Assembly (NCBI GenBank): GCA_051313645.2
Contig: JBNRSN020000019.1
Coordinates: 60,698,001 to 60,762,000, forward strand
Length of the DNA: 64,000 nt
Direction of reading: 5' to 3'
Source: Centroscyllium fabricii
Taxonomy: Eukaryota
The position numbers and the translations under genes were made by a program. Under the pieces are notes generated by a model. It was not told where the DNA came from, ran no database searches, and was given only the letters and a program-made list of their open reading frames with translations. This document shows positions 1 through 12,080 of this stretch, piece after piece; within the stretch, counting starts at the first letter, position 1, and the number at the start of each line of letters is the position of its first letter.

Positions 1-604
1 AGTCCCGGCCCAGCCCGCGTTTGGGGAGTCCCGGCCCAGCCTGCGTTTGGGGAGTCCCGGCCCAGCCTGCGTTTGGGGAGTCCCGGCCCAGCCTGCGTTT
101 GGGGAGTCCCGGCCCAGCCTGCGTTTGGGGAGTCCCGGCCCAGCCCGCTATCGGGGAGTCCCGGCCCAGCATCGTTCGGATGGTCCCGGCCTGCTTTCGG
201 GGAATACTGGCCCAGCCCACGTTCGGGGAATCCCGGCCCAGCCCGCGTATGGGGAGTCCCGGCCCAGCATCGTTCAGATGGTCCCGGCCCGCGTTCGGGG
301 AATACTGGCCCAGCCCGCGTTCGGGGAATCCCGGCCCAGCCCGCCTTCGGGGAATCCCGGCCCAGCCCGCGTTCGGGGAATCCCGGCCCAGCCCGCGTTC
401 GGGGAGTCCCGGCCCAGCCCGCTATCGGCGAGTCCTGGCCCAGCATCGTTCGGATGGTCCCAGCCCGCGTTCGGGGAATACTGGCCCAGCCCGCGTTCGG
501 GGAGTCCTGGCCCAGCCCGCGTTCGGGGAGTCCTGGCCCAGCCCGCGTTCGGGGAGTCCTGGCCTAGCCCGCATTCGGGGAGTCCCGGCCAAGCCTGCTA
601 TCGG
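1..604. repeat. 26-bp GC-rich minisatellite (cggcccagcccgcgttcggggagtcc)n with variant units
   Basis: More than 20 copies are visible. The variants cagcatcgttcggatggtcc and gggaatactggcc recur periodically. Confidence 0.95.
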
Positions 605-788
605 CTCGGAGAGACCATTGTGAATAATCTGCGCATGTGCTCGCCTTTCGGCAGCACATGTGCAGATCATTCGCCGAAGCATCAATCGCAGCGGCCATTT
701 TGCGCATGCGCAGCGCAGTCGGGGAAATTATTGCCGGACGTTCGAAGCTGCCGGTTGTTCGGGTAACGGATTAACGGTGCTCAACCTG
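1..788. mobile_element. pogo/Tigger-like non-autonomous DNA transposon (one end only) containing the minisatellite
   Basis: Ends ...cggattaacggtgctcaacctg|ta. Its reverse complement matches the terminus at 60471 (caggttgtgcaccgaaaatccgtgacccgaaatgccggcagcttc). TA target. Confidence 0.75.
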
Positions 789-1255
789 TATAAACTTACC
801 CAAGGTGAACTCGCAAGCTTTCAGACAGCTTTACCTGACAGGATAGCCGTGGTAGGTGCTCCGCTCAGGAGCGGCTTAAAATGCCATCGGTGACCCATGT
901 ACATCAGAGGTCCCTGAATTACATTTATTAATGAGGCTTCTCATCTGCTACCAAAATCTGCAATGTTAAAGCACAGATTGGGGAGGAAGGACGCAGGATG
1001 GAGCCGCTCTATTTTCATTGCTTCCTTCCATCTGATTGGGGAGCATTAAAATACCACTGAGATTGTAGACGAATTGATAAAGATTGATTGCCATGATTAG
1101 CAAACAACTCCACTATCGTACTTTAAGGAAAGGTTTAATCAGACTGTCCTGAAGACTGTTATTGATTTCTCTTGATATTGTAGCAATACTAATCTTTAGA
1201 CTTTGCAGTGAAGCAGAGAAGTTTAAGTCAATGTAAAGTACCCTGTACTACTGGG

Positions 1256-1398
1256 CAATGTTCCCTCGAATTATTTTGTTTCCGATGCGGGCCCTTTAAA
1301 TTTGCTGTGTGGTATCGCTTTCAGCGGCAACAGCTGGTGAGCGGCTTGCGCGGGACCTCGCGATTGATACCCGGCTGCGCACCTTAAGGGGAACATTG
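1256..1398. mobile_element. hAT MITE
   Basis: TIRs caatgttccc...gggaacattg. Perfect 8-bp TSD ctactggg (1248-1255 and 1399-1406). Confidence 0.88.
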
Positions 1399-3329
1399 CT
1401 ACTGGGATATTGAGTCAAGGCTAACCTTAATACAATTGTCAGTTTAGTCAGTTCAGTAAACATAAAGACATTCCAGTACATACTCATTCATATCGTTCAG
1501 AGAACTTTAATCAGTTGATAACAAGTGCAGGAAAAAATGATTTTTGCAACGGTAAACATCTGAGTTGACTGGTACAAAATGGTACTGAATCAAAGACAAA
1601 CTTATAATTAAAAGTTTCACTCCGTGGTATCGTAATTATATGTAACAAGAGAAAAACTATTGATAACAAAATAAGGGAGTCATACCGGTCTACTGAAGAA
1701 TAAATAACTTGTTAAAAGAAAAGTTATTTGTTAAGGGATGTCAATTAATGATCCTTAGATGGAGTTGTATTTTAACTTTGATATAATTATGTAATACAGA
1801 ATTATGTGGATTGTCACGTGGAGGGAGTAAGAGAAATGTATAAAAACTGCTGTTTATAATGAGTATTTGGATTTGTAAAGGCCCAAGATACTGAGCTCAG
1901 AACTGTAAACCTGATGAATCCTCAACTAACCATCATCAAGTCTGGTTGTAAGTACAGGGTATTACCTTTTAAGTGTATGTTTAAATATTATTACATGCGC
2001 TGTATACTTTATAAATTTGTGATACCTGATATTTAATGTATAAAAACCTTTTTGATTTGAGTAGCATAAGACTACCCCGGGGTGGTAGAAGGGAAACTTG
2101 ATGGATCGCAGTCTTTTTCCATGTAGCAATTCCTATGTCTGTGCAGATATCTAGAATATACTTTGTCGCACTGCAATGTCACTTCAAAGGTGGTGTATAA
2201 ATCATTCCTGTTTAGTATGACTTAACAAGTGTCAAGTACACATAGGTGACAACACTTAATATTGATTGCCTTGCTGCAGGAAGGAGACTGCGGTAACCAG
2301 CAATTGATTGACAATGCATTCGGAGTCCTGCAAGCAAGGATCTCACAGCTTGCCTTGTCCTAAAAAGAGGTGAACAGTTGTAAACATGTTTCTAGGAAAG
2401 TAGCCCGATGGTTTTGATCCCTACGGTCAGTGATAGCTGTATTTAATGCTGAATGACACCTTTTGGCAATCCTTCATCTCAGTTTAGATTTCAAAATTAA
2501 GAACAGGTAGAACAGTTGTCTGTATCTAGCATCTTGAGATTTTGGCTTCGCTAGGCTGTTGGCATATGGGGCCAGTAGCAACACTTTCTTTATGCCTCTG
2601 AGTGCTAAAGGCACTATATAGATGCAAGTTATTGCTTAAACTTCACATTACAGATATCAGCCTCAAGCACTTGGAGACATATTCACTGTTTTAGAACAGG
2701 GACTGCATTTTTAAGTAAACTTTTGTATTCTAGTAAAATTTGCCATGTTTGCTCTTCCTTCTAACAATTTTACTTTTTAACAAACCGGAGTCATAGTTTA
2801 TAACCTAAAATACAATTTGTCAGAAGGTAATTCTTCCATTTATAAAAGGGGTGGTGAAAGATGGGCAAGGTAGAATTCAGGAGAATTCCAGAGTGCAGAA
2901 AAAGATGTCTGAAAACAGTCACTGATGGTGGAATGGCAGGGCAGGGCAGGGCAGGGCGGGGTGGGGGGCAGGGCAGGGCGGGGTGGGGGGAAGGCACGAT
3001 ATGTGACAGACTAAACTCAAATGTGCAAGTGGGATCACTGGGCTGGGGGAGGTTGCAGAGGTATCCAGGACTGAGACAATGGAGGGATTTGTAACTGATT
3101 TTGAAATCTGTTGTTTTAGGTGACTGTGATGAGAATAGTCTTTTTTGGCACACCTCGCCAAGAATGTAGCATGTCTGGGAGGAGGTAGCAACTAGAGCCA
3201 AAACAGTGTACAGTATTTGTATGACCTAGGAACAACATATATTAAGGAAACTGCCCCGGTTAGACTGTCCAATGGTACCATTTACCAGATGGCCCAAATG
3301 TGCACACCACAAATTGTTGATGGGGATGT

Positions 3330-4936
3330 GTTCAGGAGGACCTTGGCGCAGTGTCAGAAATGTTTCAATGATCTCAGTAGATCAGGAAAGGCGAGTACAA
3401 AGCCACACTCAACTTCATCTTGCTCTTCCTCTCATCACATCCCCATCACTCTGCCTTCCCAACCCTACACATCCTTACTCACACCAACATACCTTGCACC
3501 ACCACACATCCCCATCTTACTAGCCACCCATCACACTCACCCTCATCCTAATGTATCATACCAACTAACACCACACAAGGAGGCCACTTGGCATTGCCAC
3601 CCCAATCCATCATAGTCTCCCTCTAAAAGTGTAACCCATCCATTCCTTACACTCATTCCATCACTCTCACTCAACCTTCTCTTCTTTCCCTCCTTGTAGG
3701 AGAACGCAGCACACAATAAGAGGGAAAGGGAGAGAACTGGAGGTGGGCCTCCATCATTTGCCACTCTCAACAGCAGAGGAAGATGTGTTGGAAGTATCAC
3801 GATTGGCTGAGCAGCTGGAGGTGGGAGACGGAGAGAGGGGGGCATCCCAGCAACCTGGTGACAGAATTACATCTCATACATCAGTCACTCATAGAGTCAT
3901 CATGTGCATAATGATATGTGTACCCATTCTTCATTTGGCATATCTAACTCATCTCTTTACTCTCCCACAGCTCCATCAAAGAGCCCCCTCCACTGTCCAG
4001 GAGGTAGAGGACTCCTCAGAGGAACCTGCAGGCTGAGGGCACAGCGTCACCAGGCATGAGCACACCCATTACCAAAGTAGAGACGGACACCTCAGTGGGT
4101 TCCATGCGAGATAGAGTAGTGTCATCACCGGGTCAGTCACAAATGAGCAAGAGAGGATGGTGGAGACCGGGACAGCAGTGGAGACTCCTCGCTGGAGGGT
4201 GCAGGACGCTTCAAGCTCTGCTCAGCTGCATGCAGACGCTGAGCCTCAGGAGGCCATCCAGAAAGAGAGCGATCCTGGAGTTGCTGGAAGAAGTGCAAAA
4301 GGGTTTGACAGGTTTTGCGAATGCGATGTCTGCAAATGGGCAGAGAATGAAGGAGTCCATCTCCAACATGCATACCACCGTGTCGCAGGCGATGGCGACT
4401 GTAGGCTCTTCCATGGATAGGATGGCCACCTGCATGGAGCAGCTAATGTGCCACTCAGAGGAGCACATGGTCTCTATAGAGAATAGATGGTTATCTATGG
4501 AGCATAGATGGCAGAGACTCATAGACCTCCTGTATAGGAGGGATGTCAGCGTAGATGTGGGTCTTCATGGCCCCAATGATGTGCAGCAAGGTGCTCTCCA
4601 ACTCCTTGCTAGCAGGGAAATGCGGGTGGCTCATCAGAGGGATGATGGTGAGAGGGGACTTGGAAGTGTGGGCTCCTCTCTTCTCCCCCATTGCCACCCC
4701 CTCAGTCAGAGCCCCAGATGGCTCTTCAGATCGCAATGGCCAAGTCTGCCCCTGCAAAGTCGCAGGAGATGCAGACTTTGGTGGGGCCATCAAAGGCTCC
4801 AAAGCCCAGAGGACGACTGCCAAGAGTGTCCAAACAGACACAGCAGGGAAGTGAGCAGGGTGCCTCTACCTCTGCTGAAGCCACAGGGGTAGCACCTCAT
4901 AGAAGCATGCAGAAGAGAAAGATGACACACAAGTAG
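3330..4936 (+). pseudogene. Harbinger Myb/SANT-like DNA-binding gene remnant (spliced, frameshifted)
   Basis: RRTLAQCQKCFNDLSRSGK, then an intron (3391-3699, gc..ag), then ENAAHNKRERERTGGGPPS...TAEEDVLE, a second intron to about 3970, and a coiled-coil-like region. The SANT C-terminal and TGGG motifs are typical of Harbinger ORF2/NAIF1-like proteins. Confidence 0.75.
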
Positions 4937-5239
4937 ATTCACAAGAGTAGCCACTTGGGTGTTTCAGTCAATGCTAATGTCAAGTTTCCGTTAATGTATT
5001 GTCAACAATAAAAATCTTTATTTTTACCACTTTCCCTTCTTGGGACATCTCTGTGCACCTTTGGAAGTGGCTTAGTGAGTTGCAGTGAATGGTGAGATGT
5101 AATGGTTGGTACTTCCAGCAATGGTGGCGAGTGTGAAAGGAATGTCTTGGTCATTGTAGGGATCCTTTATGGTGTTGCTATGGGGCGGTGCCAATCTAGC
5201 GCAGCATGTGGTAACACAATAGGTGTGCTGTGTAAAGTT

Positions 5240-6396
5240 AAGCAATTTGGAGATGATGAGGCCATTCCTGGTCAGCAATGTGCTCAGGTGCTGGTGGGAT
5301 CTGGCCCACAGGTTCCTCCAGCCCTTGCTCCTCCAAACAGGCTGTGCACTCAGTGCCTTGCTCCTCATGCAGCGCTAATCCTCGCTACTGCAATATATTG
5401 TGAATGGTGCAGTAGGCCACAATGATTCTGGAGACCCTGGCTGGTGTGTACTGAAGCGCTCCTCCAGATTTGTCAAGGCATCGGAAGCGCATTTTGAGCA
5501 TTCCTATTGTCTGCTCCATGGGTATCTCTCCTGCTCTTCAGTACTTCATCTCCTCAAGGGTGTCACGAGTCACATCTTCAGTGGATAGGCCTCGTCTCCA
5601 AGCAGCCAGCCAGAAAATCTGTTTGGGGAGTGAAGAGCTGAGGGAGGGTGGACTGGTGAAGGATGAGTCATGGCAGCTGCCAGGGAATTTGGCACACACA
5701 TGCATAATGATCTTCCTATGGTTGCAGACCAGCTGCACATTGAGGGAGTGGAAGCCCTTGCGTTTGACAAAGAGTCCTGGGTTATGATAGGGTGCCCTGA
5801 TGACGTGTGCAGTCGATGTCACCCTGCATCCATGGGAAGCCAGCCAGAGTGGCAAAGAAGAGCGCCTGCTCAGTAACACTAGCTTCATCAGTGGCAAAAC
5901 TGATATCATTGGCTGACTTGTCAAACAAGGCATCGGTGATCTGTGTGATGCATCGGTGATCTGTGTGATGCATCTGTGGGTGGCCGACTGCGAGATGCCG
6001 CAAATGTCTGCTGCAGATCCCTGGAAGGAGCCCGAGGCGAAGAAGTTGAGGATACTGGTGATTTTGACAGCCAGCCACTGGTAAGGTGTTCCCACCCACT
6101 CGTCTGGGCTGTAGGTCTTGCTTGAGCAATGTGCAAATGTCTGCGATGACCTGGCACGATAACCTGAGTCTCCTTTGGCACTGCTGCTCAGTCATGTTGA
6201 GGAAGCTTATCCTCTGCCTGTATAACCTGTGTTGGGGGTATTGCTGATGCCCTCTGTCCTGTGCAGCATCAGGTGGTTGAGAAGATGATTGGTGGTGTTG
6301 TTGTTGGTGCTGATGGTGTGCCTGGTACTGCTGGTGTTGGGGCTCATTGTGATCCGATTCAGAGGACCAAGGTGACACAGCATAAACAGCACCCAT
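5240..6396 (-). pseudogene. Harbinger (HARBI1-like) DDE transposase remnant
   Basis: Motifs across frames: QCQRRLRLS, ILNFFASGSFQ, GISQSAT, GFPWMQGDIDCT, RKGFHSLNVQLVC, AKFPGSCHDS, WLLGDEAYPL. Multiple frameshifts. Confidence 0.92.
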
Positions 6397-7148
6397 GCTG
6401 ATGGAATAGATGGCAGGTCAAGTAGAGATCAGAGGAGCAAGCTGTCAATGGTGTGATAGGTTGTAGCAATCAGGCGAGATCGATAGCGACTTTGTTGGAA
6501 ACACTTGTGGTCTGTAGAAATCCAAATGTGCACTGGGAATACAGTCAGCAATAGCTTCTGCCTGAGGAAAGTGACCAGCTGTGAGGCGAGAGGTTTTATA
6601 GTACATTTCATGCTGTCATCTAATCAGCTAGATCAATGGCCACTCAACTCAGGCTGACAGATGTGGCTCCCGGGCTCAGTGAATCCCATGGACAGCCAGG
6701 AATATTGAAAAGGTAGGCTGAAAAATACTCTTCAGGGTCTGACAACGACCTGTTAATATGATGAATTGGGTCGCCCTCCTCTGCTGGTTGGGTCGCTGCC
6801 GCACCAGCAAACGCGCCAGAGGGAAAGGCGCTTGGGGGCGGGATTCCGATCCGCTGCAACTTTTATCAAATTTCCCACCTGACCCGCCGCCAACTGCACC
6901 CACAAGAACGGCAGAACATTCCGGCCTACTACTCTTCTTCCAAGGGCACATAACCAAACTGGGTCAGAAATGACAAGCCTTCAACTCCTTTGGAAGGAGG
7001 CATTCTAGATATCCTAGCTCTGATCCGTTCCTGCTGGTTCTCACCTGGATCTAGATTCTGCTCCCACACTGCTACATGACCTCTGCTTTGTAGCTGTTCA
7101 CTTGCTTCCTGTGACCACTGAATCCACTTAACCTTCAGAACCCCTTCA

Positions 7149-8458
7149 TCAGGGCAGTGTCCTAGGCCAGCGGTCCCCAACCTTTTTTGCACCACGGACC
7201 ATTTTAATGCTGGACAATTTTTCCACAGACCGGGGGGGAAGAATTAGCTTGTGGGCTTAATTCGATCAGGTCCCGTTCCACTGTCCATCCCGCCCCCAAC
7301 CCACCCCTTGCACTCACCGTCGGGGGGGCCGTCGATTGAGGACCGGCCCCGGATCTCTCCAGCTTCACTCCCAAGGCGCGGTAGACTTTCAGCCGTTTTG
7401 GGGTGCCGTCGGGGGGGCCGTTATTCTTTCTGTGCGGCCCGGTACCAAATGGTCCACGGCCCGGTGGTTGGGGACCGCTGTCCTAGGCCCAACCATCTTC
7501 AGCTGTTTCATCAATGACCTTCCCTCCATCATAAGGTCAGAAGTGGGGATGTTCGCTGATGAGTGCACACTGTTCAGCACCATTCGAGACTCGTCAGATA
7601 CTGACGCAGTCTGTGTCCATATGCAGCAAGACCTGGACAACATTCAGACGTGGGCTGACAAGTGGCAAGTAACATTTGCACCACACAAGTGCTAGGCAAT
7701 GACCATCTCCAACAAGCGAGACTCTAACCATCTCCCCTTGACATTCAATGGCATTATCATCGCTGAATCCCCCACTTTCAACATCCTGGGGGGTTACCAT
7801 TGATCAGAAACTGAACCAGCCATATAAATACTGTGGCTACAAGGGCAGGCCAGAGGCTGGGAATTCTGCGGTGAGTGTCTCACCTCCTGACTCCCCAAAG
7901 CCTTTCCACCATCTACAAGGCACAAGTCAGGAGTGTGATGGAATACTCTCCACTTGCCTGGATGAGTGCAGCTCCAACAACACTCAAGAAGCTCGACACC
8001 ATTCAGGATAAAGCAGGCCGCTTGATTGGCACTCCATCCACCACCTTCAACATTCACTCCCTCCACCACCGGCGCACTGTGGCTGCAGTGTGTACCATCT
8101 ACAAGATGCACTGCAGCAACTCGCCAAAGCTCCTTCAACAGCACCTTCCAAACCCACGACCTCTACCACTTAGAAGGACAAGGGCAGCGGACGCATGGGA
8201 ACAGCACCACCTACAAGTTCCCCTCCAAGCCACACACCATCCTGACTTGGACCTGTATCGCCACTCCTTCACTGTTGCTGGGCTAAAATCCTGGAACTCC
8301 CTTCCTAACAACATTGTGGGTGTACCTACACCATATGGACTGCAGTGGTTCAAGAAGGCGGCTCACCACCATCTTCTCAAGGGCAATTAGGGATGGGGAC
8401 TAAATGCAGGCCTAGCCAGCCAGCGACGCCCACATCCCATCAATGAATAAAAAAAAAA
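7149..8458 (+). mobile_element. 3' part of a CR1-superclade (Zenon-like) LINE
   Basis: GSVLGPTIFSCFINDL, MFADE, LSTIYKAQVRSVMEYSPLAW. Tail ...cccacatcccatcaatgaataaaaaaa. Confidence 0.85.
7168..7480. mobile_element. hAT (Charlie-like) MITE inserted in the LINE
   Basis: TIR cagcggtccccaacc...ggttggggaccgctg. Perfect TSD tcctaggc. Confidence 0.93.
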
Positions 8459-8519
8459 TCACTCTTCGTTAGACTGGCTCAAACTCCTTGCCCCAAGCCC
8501 CATCAAGAATTTCTCACAG

Positions 8520-9620
8520 AGATATCTTCTTTCCTCCATCAGTTTTTGCACTGAGAGACTCGTCTGCTGATTTCAATCTCCATCTTGGCTCTCCATGCCT
8601 TCACTCCTTCAAATTCACCACCCTCCTGTCCTCCCTAGACCTCTCCCTCCATATAAACTATCCTACCGATATTCACAGCCACCTCCTCTACTCCCATACT
8701 CTCACAGACAACGCCATCTCCGACCACTTTCTTGTATCCCTTACCACGTACGTCCCCCAATTTCCTTCGAATTGTACCTACTTCTGCATCAGTCCTGGGA
8801 GAAACTCCCCCTCCCCAAGTCAACAGCACTTTCAAACTGCCAAGGCCCTTCATTTGCCACAAAAACTCTGCAGCTGTCAATCTGCTCAACTCTCAGTTCC
8901 ACCTTTGCTGCCCTTGTCCCCAGCAAAAGCTTTACTCTCTCCTATCCCAGTCATTCCTACTGGTATGGCTCCAACTTTGCTCCCTCAAGTATGAGGGGTG
9001 CAGAATTGAACAAAATCTGGCACACAACTGGTTTAGTTATCCAAAACTAGACAATCTCAGCATTACATTTGAGCCCGAGCAAAGCTTCCTCCTCCATAAC
9101 CTCTCCAACACAAAGACCACGGTGTCCACCTCTGCAACAGTGCCTACATCCGCCCCAACTCAGATCACGTGCGGCAGAAACCCTCAACTATAGACTCGAC
9201 TATTCCAACGTTCTCCTGGCTGACTTCCCATCCTCCACACTCCATAAATTTTAAATGATCCACTTTAACACATCCAATTCTTTGCTGTCCATATGCACTC
9301 ATGCACCAAATTACACTCGCCCAGAAATGCATCCTTGCTGATCTACATTGGTTCCTAGTCCTCCAACACCCCAAATTTTAAATTCTTGTGGTTAAATCTT
9401 TTTATGGCCTTTCCTTTTCCTATCTCTAATCTCCTCCAGCCCTACAACTCCCACCTCAAACTCTTGATTACTTCAACCCTGGCCTTTTGTATATCCCCAT
9501 TCCCCTTTGCCCAATCACCGGCGGCCATGCTTTAAGCTGTCTTGGCCCCACACTCTGGAATTTCAACCTTTGCCTCCCCAAGATCCGACTTAAAATCCAC
9601 CTCATCGATCACCACCTCCT
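8520..9620 (+). mobile_element. Old L2-like LINE fragments
   Basis: ADFNLHL (APE-like), ISDHFLV, RLDYSNVLLA, and an LHW-type 3' segment. Confidence 0.6.
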
Positions 9621-10060
9621 GCCAGGCTTGATTCACTCCTGTCTTAGAGAAGTTGCCCCAGACTGCCAAACAGGGCAACCCTTCTCGTACCCACCTAATA
9701 CACTATCTCCATTTTGCCAACCTTGAAGCACGGTGGGTTGGATGCTGTGCCACTCCATCACTTCCTCATGACCTCCATTTATTTTGACAGCCTCTAATTT
9801 TTGCATCATGTAGCCTTTGCATAAGCTGCTGCAACTCACCGCACCCCCATTTAAGTTTTAGCTACATCCCTTTAATAACGGTCACCCTTCGCAGGGACCA
9901 GTAGTTAGAGATTGTATTTTTTTTTAAATTTCAGTGTCTTAGAATTGCAGTCAGAAGGAGTCATGTGTTAGTTATAAGTCATTCAAACTCAAGAAAGAGA
10001 TACCACAATGCATCATTTACTACAAACCTATTTAAAACTATACCGGTGGCAAAATAGTAC

Positions 10061-10130
10061 CTTGGAGCTAAACTGTGGTTCATCATCTTCATTTGAAGAT
10101 AACCAGGAGTCACCTGCATCCTTTGAGGCC
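10061..10130 (-). CDS. ANKRD26: Exon H (70 bp)
   Basis: gtttttag| ... |gtacta. Encodes (R)ASKDAGDSWLSSNEDDEPQFSSK, which resembles the DSWPTSDDED linker I recall from ANKRD26. Phase 2-0. Confidence 0.85.
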
Positions 10131-10251
10131 CTAAAAACAAAACATGGAATGAAAAATCTCGAGGAAGAAAAACCTACGGCTGTGAGAAAGATACCTATTT
10201 TTAAAATGTTTAAAATACAACAGCAAAAGTCACAAAATAAATATTTCTTAC

Positions 10252-10288
10252 CTACTGACTGCCTCGGTCTCAGATGCTTCATCTGCTA
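10252..10288 (-). CDS. ANKRD26: Exon G (37 bp)
   Basis: ttttgcag| ... |gtaaga. Encodes (V)ADEASETEAVS(R), phase 1-2. Confidence 0.8.
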
Positions 10289-10403
10289 CTGCAAAACAAA
10301 GTGAACAATTTATATGTGGAATTTCATTTATTAAAATTTAGCATTGGTTTGGTTTTCTACATTGTTTTAATGTAGTTTATCCTTCAAACACAACAGGATA
10401 GAG

Positions 10404-10753
10404 CAGGGGTCCCCAATTACCGGGCCACGGACCGGTACCGGGCCGTGGATCATTTGGTACCGGGCCGCACAGAAAGAATAAAAACGTTTTAATTTTTATT
10501 TTATTTCCATTTTATTGACTATCGCAGTCTGCAGGGCGTTTTATTTTGAAAAATGACCACTTCTGTCTGTGCCTCTTTTCCGCACTTGTCTCAGTCGCAG
10601 TTTTTTTCCATGCACCGATAAATTAAGCCCACAAGCTAATTCTTCCCCCCCGGTCCGTGGAAAAATTGTCCTGCATGAAACTGGTCCGTGGTCCGTGGAA
10701 AAATTGTCCTGCATGAAACTGGTCCGTGGTGCAAAAAAGGTTGGGGACCACTG
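10404..10753. mobile_element. hAT (Charlie-like) MITE, same family as 7168-7480, opposite orientation
   Basis: TIR caggggtccccaa...ttggggaccactg. Perfect TSD ggatagag. Internal tandem duplication of about 38 bp. Confidence 0.92.
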
Positions 10754-11291
10754 GGATAGAGCCATTGTCCAACACAGAAATATCACAAGGACAGAATCCA
10801 TTTAAGAGCTTTATTCTATGCAGGTTTGTGCAAGTTATGTACGACTTGTGCCTCCATACAGGCCCCCAGTTTTTGAACAGGGGCATCTTCCAGAACAAAT
10901 TTTGCTTACATACAAAACATTAGATAACTTAATTGTAGATCTTTTAATTACTCTGATGCCTCAGTATCTACATGCAAATGAATGTTACATTGTTCAACAA
11001 AGGAGAAAAGCACCTAGGGAAGAAGACCCTTGACTTGTTTCACAGCACAGGCCCTATCATTATCAGGTGCTCTTTCCCACTTCGAAAAGATATACCTTCG
11101 TTTTTTAATAGTGGAGGCAGCAAAGAGCATGCAACATTAGGCACAACAAATGTATTAGTGTGCACAAAACTGCAGCTGGCCAGAAAGAGAACTAAAGGCA
11201 AGGGCAACAGTTCTTTGTCCGTGAAGTAAGAACTATATTCAAAAGTAAAGACTGCTGCATTAATGCAGTGTTGATACTGCAGGCAATCTAA

Positions 11292-12080
11292 TGTTAGTAT
11301 AAAATTCGGTTTTGAATATAAAGGGGGGTCCTCAATATTTAACCGGTATAAAACTATCTGAAAGGTTTCATGTAGTCCTGTTAGGGAAATGAAATGCAAA
11401 GCATCATGGGATGTTCTGAAAGGTACCATTTAGTCCTGTTAGCCGAGAAGCGAAATGCAAAAGCGTCATGGGATGTTCGAGTTGGATGTTAACCTTTTAA
11501 ACCTAAAACCAATTAAAACTAAAAACAACATAGATAGCTAGCTGACCAAAGAGCCTCGCTCGTAAATTGCCCTGACATGTTCGAAGAAGGCCTCTTGGAA
11601 GAGATAAGGATACAAAGACATTCCCAGTTAGGCCTGGGAAAATAGACAGCTGGCCACAGGTTTGACTAGGGCTTTGTTCAAAGTGCTGGGAATGCCTACC
11701 TCCCTATTTTGATAACAGGAGTAAGAGATAAACTGATGGATGTTACTTAAGGTGATGCCTTCACAGTCCATCAGCTTCTTGCTGGCATGTCCAGAGGGTA
11801 CTCGAGTTCAAGAGGCAGGCTTAGTAATTGATTAATTACTTATGTAAACCAATGAAGCATCAATATTCTCATATATACACCCCATTAATAGTAAGTGGGT
11901 GTTGTCTAATAAACTGTATAAAGTAAGCTGTAGCACCACTTTTCCTCTGAGAACGGTGTCTCTGGCTAAGGGTAGCCAAGACGGTTCTCCCGCATGCACT
12001 CGTAATAAAAACTATTGGTTTGGGAATAACACCTGAGTCTGTTAGTTTTATTTTACCATCCAGATTTTCCTCGCTCCACA
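11292..12080 (+). mobile_element. Solo LTR (ERV- or LTR-retrotransposon-derived)
   Basis: TG...CA ends with a perfect 5-bp TSD tctaa. TATA-like tataaa at about 11917, AATAAA at about 12004, and a duplicated U3-like block at about 11372-11478. Confidence 0.8.

Larger units (their letters stand above)
3330..6926. mobile_element. Degenerate autonomous-type Harbinger transposon (convergent Myb and transposase genes)
   Basis: Two-gene convergent layout. Probable terminus ...cagaacattccggcc at about 6926. The other end was not found. Confidence 0.75.

Noticed and set aside
1-766. Three long overlapping ORFs, and a CRISPR-like look
   Set aside because: These are by-products of a stop-free 26-bp tandem repeat. 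There are no unique spacers or cas genes, and the context is eukaryotic.
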